Positions 47,810 to 57,272 of a stretch of 64,000 nt of DNA are shown here, piece after piece (within the stretch, counting starts at the first letter, position 1; every line of letters begins with the position of its first letter). The notes beneath the pieces are model-generated. The model worked only from the letters and a program-made list of their open reading frames with translations. It was not told the origin of the DNA and did no database searches. The position numbers and the translations under genes were made by a program. The stretch covers positions 11,719 to 75,718 of the IMG/VR virus record IMGVR_UViG_2744054709_000002. One strand, given 5' to 3'. This DNA is from a virus (lineage: Duplodnaviria > Caudoviricetes).

Positions 47810-48042
47810 GTGGAAGCGATATAATCCGGGTATGCGGAAGAACGCTGCGATTAAAGCATGCCGTAAATATAGAATTAAGATGGGGCGCATATTTTATAAA
47901 GAAAGATAGGCAGATACAAAAAATAAAGAAATGAAACAAAAATATGCAAAATCACTTTACGATGTAAATATGTGGTGTTATTTCAATTTAGAGACTTACC
48001 GGTATTTCTGATATTTTACGTTTATTGCAATGCGGGGAAGTT

Positions 48043-48354
48043 ATGCATTTCATAGATCAGAAAAATAAATGGATTGAACTGAACCGGAGGCTACAAAAAC
48101 TTGAGGGTGCGTCTTCTGATCGCGCGATGCCATGCCTGCATATCTGCAGCGAACTAGAACTTGTCTGTGGGGAGATGGCGTCCATTGAGGATGCCGCGAT
48201 CTCTGCGCCATCGGGCAGTCGGGCGGACATTCTGGCCAAACTTGGGCTTGCCCGTGTCATGCTGGCCAACCCTGATGCCAGTTTCAAGGTGGGCCAGTTA
48301 CTGGAAACGATAGAGTCCGATCTGATCAGGGTACCTCAATCCACCGCACCTTGA
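48043..48354 (+). CDS. hypothetical protein, paralog of 17479-17841
   Basis: EMASIE..K.G..R....NPD..IESDL aligns with the 17479 ORF. Confidence 0.6.
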   Translation: MHFIDQKNKWIELNRRLQKLEGASSDRAMPCLHICSELELVCGEMASIEDAAISAPSGSRADILAKLGLARVMLANPDASFKVGQLLETIESDLIRVPQSTAP

Positions 48355-49018
48355 GGGCCTTGCTGGCTGACAGGTCAACCGTTGTTTCATTGCCGGGGGC
48401 CGGGCAGACAACGGCCATGCCCTCGGTCTGTTCTGTCAGGTCGCCTATCGTCTCAATGTTCCCGTCCCGCACGACTACGACCGTGTCGCCGATGCGCGGA
48501 GAACGGGTCAGGTCAACGTACGCAATATCGCCTGCACGAAGTCTCCCGCGCGGTGTGCTGATCCAGACGGCCAACAGATCGGTGGCAGGCACACGGGCAC
48601 CTGGTTTTATAGCGTATGTGGGAGGAGGCTGGTCCAGGTTATCCGTTTCACGGAATGCGGGAATATCGCCTGCCGATGATGGTACAGGCCGCCCCTCCGC
48701 GATGGGGCGTTCACTGATGCGTCCGGACGTGATCGACGCGAAAACCGGGATTTGTTTGTGCGCGTCAGGGTCCGCGAGGTCTGCAGGATCAAGTTCCAGA
48801 ATTACGCCAACGGCCTCGCGTATTTCCGCCGGAAGATATCGCGGCACTCCACGGGTCAGATACTGGTGGATATAGCCGTCGCTTTTGCCAACCGCACGAC
48901 TCAGGCTGACCAGGCTCATGCGTTTGTAGTCCAGGGCATCACGTATCAACAGACGCGCCGAATCCAGTTTTTTTTGCCCTTCAAGGCTTTTTTCGTTCGT
49001 TTCCATGCGTTCCGTCAT
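48326..49018 (-). CDS. CI-like repressor (HTH plus S24-like domain)
   Basis: SLVSLSRAVGKSDGYIHQYL..GVP HTH; GDIAYVD..P..GD.VVV; divergent from a cro-like gene. Confidence 0.8.
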   Translation of the reverse strand: MTERMETNEKSLEGQKKLDSARLLIRDALDYKRMSLVSLSRAVGKSDGYIHQYLTRGVPRYLPAEIREAVGVILELDPADLADPDAHKQIPVFASITSGRISERPIAEGRPVPSSAGDIPAFRETDNLDQPPPTYAIKPGARVPATDLLAVWISTPRGRLRAGDIAYVDLTRSPRIGDTVVVVRDGNIETIGDLTEQTEGMAVVCPAPGNETTVDLSASKALKVRWIEVP

Positions 49019-49073
49019 ATGGGCGAACGATGGATCAAACCAGACATAAATAACATTGTTATGGTTGGCGTAA

Positions 49074-49087
49074 TGGTTTAATAACCA
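49074..49087. promoter_or_regulatory. candidate operator TGGTT-N4-AACCA
   Basis: TGGTTTAATAACCA in the cI/cro intergenic region. Confidence 0.55.
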
Positions 49088-49090
49088 CGG

Positions 49091-49768
49091 ATGGACGATA
49101 TATTAACCCAGATCGATGCGTTCCTGACCGAGCAGGGGATGGCCCCCAGCACGTTTGGGAAAATGGCCGTTAATGACGAGCATTATGTCGCGCATCTGCG
49201 TAACGGTCGCGAGAATTTTTCGCGCACCCGGGCAAAGGTGTTGGCGTTCATGGACGCATTTCGTCAGCGCAAGCTCAACGAGAAAAGCGAGGCCGAACAG
49301 ATGCTGGAGGGTCGGATTCCAGCGCGATCCCTCCGCTTTACATTGCCCCGGCCCTACCTGCTGCTGAACCCATACCTGCGCCTGCACTGGTCAGCACGGC
49401 GGAAATATATGCGCTCGCTGGTGTGGGACATCAAAATGGCGACCGTGACGCCGCCAGACCATGCGCAGCCATTCGATTATGCCCGTGTCACGATCCACCG
49501 CTACTCCCCTGGAACCGCCGACAAGGATGGAGTGGAGGGCGGCGCGAAGCCGGTGATCGACTGCCTGACGACGCCCATACCGATGCGCATGAAAAAAGGT
49601 GCGACAGCGGTGAAAATGCGCAATCCGTATGGTCTCGGCTTTATCCGCGACGACAGCCCCCGCCATTGTTTCCAGATTGCTCTCGGATTTCGCAGCAGCC
49701 AGCAGACTGCGCGGACAGAGATCCTGATCGAGGAAATGGTCTATCCGGACCGTGACGAACCTCCCTGA
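49091..49768 (+). CDS. Cro-like HTH fused to a RusA-like resolvase
   Basis: IDAFL..GMAPSTFGK.AVND..LRNGR, then DKDG..K.VIDCL..GFIRDD. Confidence 0.7.
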   Translation: MDDILTQIDAFLTEQGMAPSTFGKMAVNDEHYVAHLRNGRENFSRTRAKVLAFMDAFRQRKLNEKSEAEQMLEGRIPARSLRFTLPRPYLLLNPYLRLHWSARRKYMRSLVWDIKMATVTPPDHAQPFDYARVTIHRYSPGTADKDGVEGGAKPVIDCLTTPIPMRMKKGATAVKMRNPYGLGFIRDDSPRHCFQIALGFRSSQQTARTEILIEEMVYPDRDEPP

Positions 49769-49798
49769 CGTGAAAATCACGTCAAAACCACGTTCATA

Positions 49799-50083
49799 AT
49801 GGTTTTATTGATGGGGAAACAAATGGTTGCATCCTTTGAAAGTCTGGTTTCTGGTTTCAGTCCATTTCCGGCCGCCTATAGCTTCGACCAGATCGGGCCA
49901 ACATGGGTCGCTGTTGGCGCTCTGGATCCGGAAACCAACAAATGGACCCACACATTCCGGGGTCTGGGGCCGGTTCTGGCGGTACAGCGCGAAATGGGAC
50001 TCTATCTGACCTCTCAGAAACGCGCCGGGAACGGGATCATGCTGCTGCTGGCGTGCCGCGCGACGGGGAGGTCCCGGTCATGA
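49799..50083 (+). CDS. hypothetical protein
   Basis: 94-aa ORF in the early operon. Confidence 0.5.
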   Translation: MVLLMGKQMVASFESLVSGFSPFPAAYSFDQIGPTWVAVGALDPETNKWTHTFRGLGPVLAVQREMGLYLTSQKRAGNGIMLLLACRATGRSRS

Positions 50084-50292
50084 ATACCTGCGCGCCATGC
50101 GCAGGTAACGGCTGGTACCACACTACATGGACTGGTGGTGATCTCCTGTCGCGTAAGACGGTGCCAGCCCTCGCGATCTGCCACGCATGCGACGGATGCG
50201 GTGTCATTGCCGTCCCACATCCTCCCGAGCCTCACCAATCCCTTGGCCCCGCGCGCCTGGCGCTGCCAGCGCCCGTGCCGAAAGGAGCCTGA
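50080..50292 (+). CDS. small Zn-finger protein
   Basis: CAPCAGNG and CHACDGCG (CxxCxGxG repeats); ATGA overlap. Confidence 0.6.
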   Translation: MNTCAPCAGNGWYHTTWTGGDLLSRKTVPALAICHACDGCGVIAVPHPPEPHQSLGPARLALPAPVPKGA

Positions 50293-50295
50293 TCT

Positions 50296-51222
50296 ATGAC
50301 AGGACATACAGACCTGGGGGAGCAACTGCCCTGGTCGAAATTCCACTGGGCAGATTACGAGCGTGATCCCGATCTGCTCGTGTGTTCGTTCGCGGCGCAG
50401 GGGCTCTGGATGCGAATGCTGTGTTTCATGGCCCGTGCGGAACGGCATGGATACCTGATTCACAAGGGGCGTGCCCTGCCGATTGACCGCCTCCTACGCG
50501 TGGTGGGTGGCACAGCGGACGAGGTTATGCCCCTGCTGCATGAACTGGAGGACCAGGGCGTCCTCGCACGTGATGCAGAAGGCGTGATCTACAGTCGCCG
50601 CATGGTCCGTGACCGTGAGCGCCTGGAGCGCGATCGGGCGAACGGCCGCACGGGCGGCAATCCGGCACTGCTTGGCCGTCGTCGCGCGCGCGCCGCGCAT
50701 GCGGCGCAGGAAGAACTCGACCTCACTGAGAAGCATGACCTTCAGTCTGTGCGCGAAGCCTTAAATAAGGGGGTTAACCCCAGAGAAGATAAGAATAAGA
50801 ACAGAATAGAAGATACTTCTCCCGGCCGAGAGCGCGTGGATGCCGACGTTATTAACCTGACAGGTCAGGTAGGCGATGCTGTTCGGCAGGCCGTTGCCGC
50901 TTGGAACGCGCTGGCGGAACGGGAAGGCCTGCCGGTGGCACAGCGCCTGACGACGCGGCGCAGCAGGTCCATCCGCGCCCGGTTGGCAGATGCCGGCGGC
51001 CTGTCCGGATGGAACGCAGCGCTGGAGAAGGTCGCGGGCAGCGCATTCCTGAAAGGGGGCGGGGCCAACGGCTGGAAAATCACGCTGGACGATCTGCTGA
51101 CGCCTGATCGCTTCACGCGCCTGATGGAAGGCGCGTACGCAGACCGGACGCCTGCCCTGAAAACTGCACGCACGCTGGGCAACGAGGAGTGGCGCCGCCA
51201 GTGTCTGGAGGGTGTCGCGTGA
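50296..51222 (+). CDS. phage replication initiator-like protein
   Basis: WSKFHWADY, AAQGLW..MLC, IYSRRMVRD, GGNP; C-terminal FLKG..W..TLD.L..F..LMEG.Y. Confidence 0.75.
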   Translation: MTGHTDLGEQLPWSKFHWADYERDPDLLVCSFAAQGLWMRMLCFMARAERHGYLIHKGRALPIDRLLRVVGGTADEVMPLLHELEDQGVLARDAEGVIYSRRMVRDRERLERDRANGRTGGNPALLGRRRARAAHAAQEELDLTEKHDLQSVREALNKGVNPREDKNKNRIEDTSPGRERVDADVINLTGQVGDAVRQAVAAWNALAEREGLPVAQRLTTRRSRSIRARLADAGGLSGWNAALEKVAGSAFLKGGGANGWKITLDDLLTPDRFTRLMEGAYADRTPALKTARTLGNEEWRRQCLEGVA

Positions 51223-51767
51223 ACAGTGTGGCAGAGAAAACCACCGTCAGTCGTGTCGTGATCGAGTGGCTGATGCAGCTGGCGCTCCTGTTCATTGCGG
51301 ATGGCGCTGTGACGCCGGAGCGGCTGCGCCTCTACGCGAAGGTACTCGGAGCGGAGTTCGGAGACCATATCTTCACGGACGCTGCCCTGCAACGGGCGGC
51401 CATTGGAGAGGGGCGTGGATATTTCCCGGCGTGCGAGGTGATCGCGCAGCGCCTGCGGGAATACCAGCTTGAACTGGACCCGGCGACCGCGCCGGATGAC
51501 GGCAAGAGGAATTACTGGCTGCGGGTCATGGAGAGGCGACGTGTCGCCATCCAGCGGGGACCGGAAGAACTGCGCCCGCAGGAAATCCGCTCTGCTCGTA
51601 TCTGGCTTGTCTGGCTGGAGAACAATGAGCCCCTGATCTACCGCGATCTGATGGCTGGACCGCACTCGGACGAGTGGGCCGCCGTGCAGGAATGGCCGGG
51701 CGCAGACCTTCATCAATTCCCAACTCAAATAGCACGTAAACAACTGAAAACAGGCGCAAAAGCATGA
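51219..51767 (+). CDS. hypothetical protein (possible helicase loader)
   Basis: Coupled to the initiator; YFP..EV motif; positional call. Confidence 0.5.
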   Translation: MNSVAEKTTVSRVVIEWLMQLALLFIADGAVTPERLRLYAKVLGAEFGDHIFTDAALQRAAIGEGRGYFPACEVIAQRLREYQLELDPATAPDDGKRNYWLRVMERRRVAIQRGPEELRPQEIRSARIWLVWLENNEPLIYRDLMAGPHSDEWAAVQEWPGADLHQFPTQIARKQLKTGAKA

Positions 51768-52423
51768 GCAATGGGAACGGTTCCCATCCAGAATGGGAAA
51801 ATGGGAAAGCGCATGGGAATGGCGAGGATGGGAAGCCGGCGCGAAATTCCGATGAAAATCCCATGAGCTGCCCGATGGCGGACGTCATGTTCGGCTGGCC
51901 GGAAATTGCCATGTTGGCTGACCTACTGCGGTGCCCGCTGACAGTGCTTACGAAATCGGACGTCCTCAGCATCTGTGGGCATTTCAGGGGTGCCACGGAC
52001 TGGTTGTTGTCGCATGGGATGTTGCGATCTCGTTTAACCAATGCGCTGGAGGTAAACCGGCCCCTCCTCTGGAGGTTCGGAAGTGCCCTTGCGTCCTCAC
52101 GGACAAAACCGGTTTCCGGGAATGCGGTGATAAGTGAACTTCTCGCCGGTAAAAAACAGGATGATCTGCGGAGCGTCCTCAAGGTCATTGACCAGATCCC
52201 GACGGATTTTGCCGGAGCCATTTTGGTCACGCCCCCCAGTCCTCTGGAGCCGGAGGATATGGAATACCTCGCCAGGCAGTTCGCCAAGCAGTTGCAGGCC
52301 CACGGGCTGCTTTCCGTATCCGTTTGCCTGATCCCTTCGGGTGTGCAGGTATCGACGTTGTCGCGCGTCGCGATGGAGCAGTTGCTCGCGTCAAAGGCGC
52401 AGGAGAGCGACGATGTTTCTTGA
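51764..52423 (+). CDS. hypothetical protein
   Basis: 219 aa, ATGA overlap. Confidence 0.6.
   Translation: MSNGNGSHPEWENGKAHGNGEDGKPARNSDENPMSCPMADVMFGWPEIAMLADLLRCPLTVLTKSDVLSICGHFRGATDWLLSHGMLRSRLTNALEVNRPLLWRFGSALASSRTKPVSGNAVISELLAGKKQDDLRSVLKVIDQIPTDFAGAILVTPPSPLEPEDMEYLARQFAKQLQAHGLLSVSVCLIPSGVQVSTLSRVAMEQLLASKAQESDDVS
51771..51864. repeat. ATGGGAA repeat cluster
   Basis: Direct copies at 51771, 51793, 51801, 51813, 51828; inverted at 51781 and 51858 (one mismatch). Confidence 0.8.
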
Positions 52424-53543
52424 GGCGCGCAATGACACCCTGATCGGGGCGCTGTCCGCGATCAGGGGGGCGATATCGAAGGCGCACACCATCCCGGTGT
52501 TGGAATGCGTCCTGATCGCCGTGCGTCCGTCGGGCGTGGTGCTGACGGCTACGGACATGATGATCCGCGCGGAAATCCGCATCCAGGCGGACAGGACGCA
52601 GGATGGCAGCGTGGCCGTGCCGCTCGGGGCGCTCCTGGAGGCCCTGAAATCCCAGCCGCGCGATCGCACGGTATCCGTTGGCATTGAGGACCAGACGGGC
52701 CGTGTCACAGTCCGCAGCGGGAAATTTTCCAGCCACCTGAGCGCCTATGAGCCGGATGATTTCCCCAGTCTGGCAGGAGCAGTTGGTCAGGAGAAAGCCA
52801 TCGGCATCGCATTGCCCCAGTCGCGGCTGGTGCGTCTGCTGAAAACAGTCCGGTTTGCCGCGTCTACGGAAGAAACACGGTACTACCTGTGCGGCGTGTA
52901 CCTGCACCCGGTTGACGGTCCGGATGGCGTGGCCATGGTCCGTACCGTCGCCACCGATGGCCATCGCCTGGCGTGGTGTCAGGACGTGCCCGAGAAGATG
53001 GCCAGTGCGCCCGATCCGGTGATCCTGCCGACACGGCTCGTGACCGAGATGCTGGCGCATCTGGATGACAAAAGCGATGATAGCGTTACGCTGGAAATCT
53101 GGGGACGCCGCGTCGGGATCTGGATCGGGAATTACTATCTGACCTCGACAGTCATTGACGGCACATATCCCGAATACGCGCGGGTGATCCCGACAGATCA
53201 CCCCAATACGGCCCGGATGCCTGCGCGTGCTCTGGAACACTGCGTGCAGGCCGCGTCCTCTGTCATTCAGGAGCGCAGCAAACCGGTCAAGATGACGTTT
53301 TCCGATACGCTGACCGTGGCGTCGCAGGACGAGCGCGGCAGCGCTGTTGACGTCGTGGAGGAAGGATATTCCCTGCGCGGCCGCCGGACGGAAATCGGTT
53401 TCCAGGCGCGCTATGTGCTGGATGTCCTGCAGCATGTCGGCGAAACCGTTGAATTTCATCTGCACAATGAAACGGCGCCAGCCGTGGTGCGCGACGTGGA
53501 TGATGCGAACAAACTGTTCGTTGTCATGCCAATGCGCGTCTGA
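52413..53543 (+). CDS. dnaN: DNA polymerase III beta sliding clamp
   Basis: TIPVL, EETRYYLCGVY, VATDGHRLA, IDGTYPEY.RVIP, VVMPMRV. Confidence 0.95.
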   Translation: MFLEARNDTLIGALSAIRGAISKAHTIPVLECVLIAVRPSGVVLTATDMMIRAEIRIQADRTQDGSVAVPLGALLEALKSQPRDRTVSVGIEDQTGRVTVRSGKFSSHLSAYEPDDFPSLAGAVGQEKAIGIALPQSRLVRLLKTVRFAASTEETRYYLCGVYLHPVDGPDGVAMVRTVATDGHRLAWCQDVPEKMASAPDPVILPTRLVTEMLAHLDDKSDDSVTLEIWGRRVGIWIGNYYLTSTVIDGTYPEYARVIPTDHPNTARMPARALEHCVQAASSVIQERSKPVKMTFSDTLTVASQDERGSAVDVVEEGYSLRGRRTEIGFQARYVLDVLQHVGETVEFHLHNETAPAVVRDVDDANKLFVVMPMRV

Positions 53544-54916
53544 TGATCCATGCCGCGACAATGTGCAGTGGTATCGGCGCGCCAGAAGCGGCCATGCCCG
53601 GCTGGGACTGGCGCTGGTGTGCCGAGATCGAGCCATTCCCTGCGCGTGTCCTCGCCCGCAGGTTTCCCGGGTCGGTCAACATGGGCGACCTGATGGCAGA
53701 AGATTTCAGCGCCCGGTCGTGCGCGCTGGGGCCTCTCGACGTAGTGGTCGCCGGCACACCCTGTCAGGATTTCAGCGTGGCAGGCCCACGCGACGGGCTG
53801 GATGGCATGCGCGGGAACCTGAGCCTGCGCGCAATCCAGATATACGAGGACCACTGTGATGCAGCCCGATCTGCTGGACGCCCTGAGCCCCTCTACGTCT
53901 GGGAAAACGTTCCCGGCGTCCTGTCGGACAAAACCAACGCGTTCGGAAATATCATTGCAGCGCTTGCAGGATGCGAGACCCCCATCGTTCCGCCATCAGG
54001 ACTGCACTGGACCCGCGCGGGTGTGGTTGCTGGACCCCGACGAACAGTCACATGGCGTGTGCTGGACGCTCAATATTTCGGCCTGGCCCAACGACGCGAG
54101 CGTGTGTTCGTTGTGGCAGGTGCTGTGGGGGGGGCAGATCCCACAGCGATACTTTTTGAGCCCGAAAGCCTGCCGGGGAATCCTGCGCCGCGCCGCGGCA
54201 CGGGGGAAAACATTGCCCCGACAGTTGCACGCGGCTCTCCAGGCGGTCGCGTCTACGGGTTAGATGCCGACACGGTAGAGAGCCTGCAGGTACACCCGGT
54301 CGCATTCGGTGGCGGAAACTGCTCGGGTCCGATCGATGTGGCGAGATCGCTTTTAACGAGTGGCCTTCATCAGGATTTTGAAACTGAAACGTTCATCACC
54401 CATACCCTGCGCGGCGAAGGATTTGACGCCAGTGAAGACGGTACCGGACGCGGGACACCTCTGGTCCCGGTTGCGTTCGACTGCAAAGCGTCGGGACAAA
54501 ACGGTTTTGGCGTAGGCGATATTGCCAGCACGATGCGCGCGATGGGGCACGCAGGCAGCTATTCCAACGGCGGCGGTCATCTGGCGGTCATGCAGCCGCT
54601 TTCCGTCGCATTGCGTGGCCGGGACGGTGGCAGCCAGATCGAGGTTGGCGACGATGTGGCACACACCCTGCGCGCCAGTCAGGGCGGGTCGGACAAACCG
54701 CACGTCCTGACCAGTGCCGTACGACGCCTGATGCCCGTCGAGTGCGAACGCCTGCAGGGTTTCGCCGACGACCATACCGACGTGCCCAATGGCAACAGGC
54801 CGGCGGCAGACGGCCCACGATACAAGGCACTGGGCAATTCAATGCCCGTGCCGGTGTTGCACTGGATCTTGACGCGCGTGGAGCGGGAGATTGCCCAGGT
54901 GAGGGAAATACGATGA
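53543..54916 (+). CDS. C5 cytosine DNA methyltransferase
   Basis: CSGIG, GTPCQDFS, WENVPG, QRRERVF, ECERLQGF, YKALGNS. Confidence 0.95.
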   Translation: MIHAATMCSGIGAPEAAMPGWDWRWCAEIEPFPARVLARRFPGSVNMGDLMAEDFSARSCALGPLDVVVAGTPCQDFSVAGPRDGLDGMRGNLSLRAIQIYEDHCDAARSAGRPEPLYVWENVPGVLSDKTNAFGNIIAALAGCETPIVPPSGLHWTRAGVVAGPRRTVTWRVLDAQYFGLAQRRERVFVVAGAVGGADPTAILFEPESLPGNPAPRRGTGENIAPTVARGSPGGRVYGLDADTVESLQVHPVAFGGGNCSGPIDVARSLLTSGLHQDFETETFITHTLRGEGFDASEDGTGRGTPLVPVAFDCKASGQNGFGVGDIASTMRAMGHAGSYSNGGGHLAVMQPLSVALRGRDGGSQIEVGDDVAHTLRASQGGSDKPHVLTSAVRRLMPVECERLQGFADDHTDVPNGNRPAADGPRYKALGNSMPVPVLHWILTRVEREIAQVREIR

Positions 54917-55899
54917 AACCAGCCGATAATGACGGTAATCCAGTCCCCTCTTACCCCCGTGAACTGGCCCTGCCGGTCGTATCGCTATCTGGCTGGAAAG
55001 ATAGCCTCGCGACCGCATTGCTGGCGATCGAACGGCACGGCCGGGATCGGGTGCGATTGCAGTATGCGGACACAGGAAACGAACATCCCTTGGTCGAGGA
55101 GTATGTTTACGAATATCTGCCTGATGCACTGGGTGTAACAATCGAGACGGTGCGTGCTGATTTTTCAAAGGAAATCGAACGGAAACGCACATACATTGAT
55201 ACGGTCTGGCGCGATGAAGGTGTCGCCGAAGATACCATCAAAACAGCGCTCGAATTTCTTGTCCCAACAGGCATTCCTTTTCTTGATCTGTGCGTATGGA
55301 AAGGGAGGTTTCCCTCCCGCCGTGCCCAGTTTTGCACACAGGAACTGAAAACCAGGCCGCTCACGCGCGCATTGTTCGATATCGCCCGGAGCACAAATCT
55401 CTACGTCGAAAACTGGCAGGGCGTGCGCCGTGACGAATCATCTGCCCGGAAAAATGCGCTGGTCTGGGAGGACGGGGATTGTGGTCTCTGGATTCACCGG
55501 CCGATTGCGACGTGGACAGCTCAGGACACGTTTGATATTGCGCGCCGCCACGGAATCAAGAGCAATCCACTCTATTCGTTTGGATGTACACGTGTTGGAT
55601 GCATGATGTGCATCAATACAAGCAAATCTGAAATTTCTAATGTTCAGTCACGCTGGCCATTCGTAATCGAAAAGATAGAAAAATGGGAGTTTATTGTTAG
55701 AAAATGCTCGAAAAGGCAGCTTGCAACCTTCTTTTTCTTTGACTCTAAAGAAGGACGGACCGACATCGAGCATTATCAGGCCAACAATATTCGGCAGGCG
55801 GTCGCTTGGTCGCAGACAAGCCGCGGTGGTCAGCAGTTCGACCTCGAACATTTTATGCCCAGATCCGAATGCTCCTCTCAATATGGTCTGTGTGAATAA
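54913..55899 (+). CDS. PAPS reductase family protein
   Basis: SG(W)KDS, ADTGNEH, FCTQELK, GVRRDES..R, NPLY..G..RVGC..C. Confidence 0.85.
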   Translation: MKPADNDGNPVPSYPRELALPVVSLSGWKDSLATALLAIERHGRDRVRLQYADTGNEHPLVEEYVYEYLPDALGVTIETVRADFSKEIERKRTYIDTVWRDEGVAEDTIKTALEFLVPTGIPFLDLCVWKGRFPSRRAQFCTQELKTRPLTRALFDIARSTNLYVENWQGVRRDESSARKNALVWEDGDCGLWIHRPIATWTAQDTFDIARRHGIKSNPLYSFGCTRVGCMMCINTSKSEISNVQSRWPFVIEKIEKWEFIVRKCSKRQLATFFFFDSKEGRTDIEHYQANNIRQAVAWSQTSRGGQQFDLEHFMPRSECSSQYGLCE

Positions 55900-55937
55900 A
55901 CGCCGACTGGCAACGATAATTCATATTCCCGAAGGTA

Positions 55938-56402
55938 ATGACCATGGCAAACGAAGTGAAGATGTATCTCGTGCCGGATCAAGCAACGCCCGAGCAGGAA
56001 CATCGGGCGGAAACAGTCGTAATTGACAGGTATGGGCACCAAATTACGTGGCCCGAGTTCCATGCCTACATGACGGCCATCGCCACCCCCATCCAGCCGT
56101 GCGCGGATGTGGAGACAATAACCCATGAAATGAAAACGTGTATTGAAGTCGATGAGATGACCGGAATGTCTTACCCGGTTGACTATCCAATAAATGAATT
56201 AGTCCGCCGCACCGACATGGAGGCGCAGGTTGCCCGTGTGGCGGCTGAGAAGGATGCGGAGATTGCGCGGTTGCGAGACGGATTAACGCGGATCATGGCG
56301 GTCCCCGACGACGGCGGAATCAGCCCCGAAGACGGGTACGGGATTGGTGCTAAAATGACAGAGATCGCCCGCGCAACTCGCGACGAAGGAGCAGCGGGAT
56401 GA
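55938..56402 (+). CDS. hypothetical protein
   Basis: 154-aa ORF. Confidence 0.55.
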   Translation: MTMANEVKMYLVPDQATPEQEHRAETVVIDRYGHQITWPEFHAYMTAIATPIQPCADVETITHEMKTCIEVDEMTGMSYPVDYPINELVRRTDMEAQVARVAAEKDAEIARLRDGLTRIMAVPDDGGISPEDGYGIGAKMTEIARATRDEGAAG

Positions 56403-56803
56403 TCACTCTCATGGTCTGTTCTCGTTGTGGGGTTGCATCCACACTCACCAGTCAGTTTGTTTTTCGTGACAACAATCCGGAATGCCTCCCATGCTACCGG
56501 CGTCTATCCGGTAGTGGTGCAGGAGGCGCCATATGGAACGGCCCATCGGAAGTGCGGGAATATGCACGCAAGCAGGTAGACGAAGCCTTCCAGCGCGGGC
56601 GTGAACAGGAGCGCGCGGAGAGAAAAACGGATGATACCTGCCGGTTGGACTTCATGGAACATACGCAGATCGATGCCATGAAGGTAAATGGGCAATGGGA
56701 AATTCTATCTATGAGCGGCGACACGGCGGAAACGATAGGAACTGGCGACACCTTACGTGCCGCCATTGACGCCGCCATGAACGCGGAGAACGGGGATGTT
56801 TGA
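56399..56803 (+). CDS. hypothetical protein
   Basis: CSRC/CLPC and TLRAAIDAAM; ATGA overlap. Confidence 0.6.
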   Translation: MITLMVCSRCGVASTLTSQFVFRDNNPECLPCYRRLSGSGAGGAIWNGPSEVREYARKQVDEAFQRGREQERAERKTDDTCRLDFMEHTQIDAMKVNGQWEILSMSGDTAETIGTGDTLRAAIDAAMNAENGDV

Positions 56804-56996
56804 CAAAATATTCCTCTATTTGTGGCTTGTTTTAATTTCTGCATGGGTCGGAAGCTTTGATCTGTGTGCAGCCAATAGTATTTTGCTTTCGAGACCTTGG
56901 ATTGCGATGTATTTCTACGTCAATACCGCAGCATGTTTTGCTGTCGCGCTATTTTCCTCAGAAAACGTCATGAAAATATGGCAGGAACGGAAATGA
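56796..56996 (+). CDS. small membrane protein
   Basis: Two hydrophobic segments. Confidence 0.5.
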   Translation: MFDKIFLYLWLVLISAWVGSFDLCAANSILLSRPWIAMYFYVNTAACFAVALFSSENVMKIWQERK

Positions 56997-57226
56997 CCAG
57001 TCCTCCCTATGTCACCACCATATTTGCTCTGTATTGGGCGTTCGGCATGTATCTGGTTTCAAGAAAGAAATTCCAGATGGGCATGCGTGAGAAAATGAAC
57101 GAACTGGCCTGCCGGCCGGATTTCATAGGTCGGGAGTATATTGTGCAGGCGGCCGGTTGCCTCTGTATGCTTATCGCATCTCTCACATATCCATGGTTTC
57201 TGATCATGAAGTCGAAGCGCGGCTGA
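56993..57226 (+). CDS. small membrane protein
   Basis: ATGA overlap; two hydrophobic segments. Confidence 0.5.
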   Translation: MTSPPYVTTIFALYWAFGMYLVSRKKFQMGMREKMNELACRPDFIGREYIVQAAGCLCMLIASLTYPWFLIMKSKRG

Positions 57227-57272
57227 TCGAATGTCAGCCGACGGGAAACTCTCTTATCGCGGATAGAAGCCC

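Noticed and set aside
47750-47890. N-terminal extension of ParA given in the ORF track
   Set aside because: Runs through the TGCA array; RBS and Walker A position support ATG 47749
54913-55899. Dnd phosphorothioation system
   Set aside because: No dndA/B/D/E or ssp partners; solitary PAPS-reductase-like genes are common in phages
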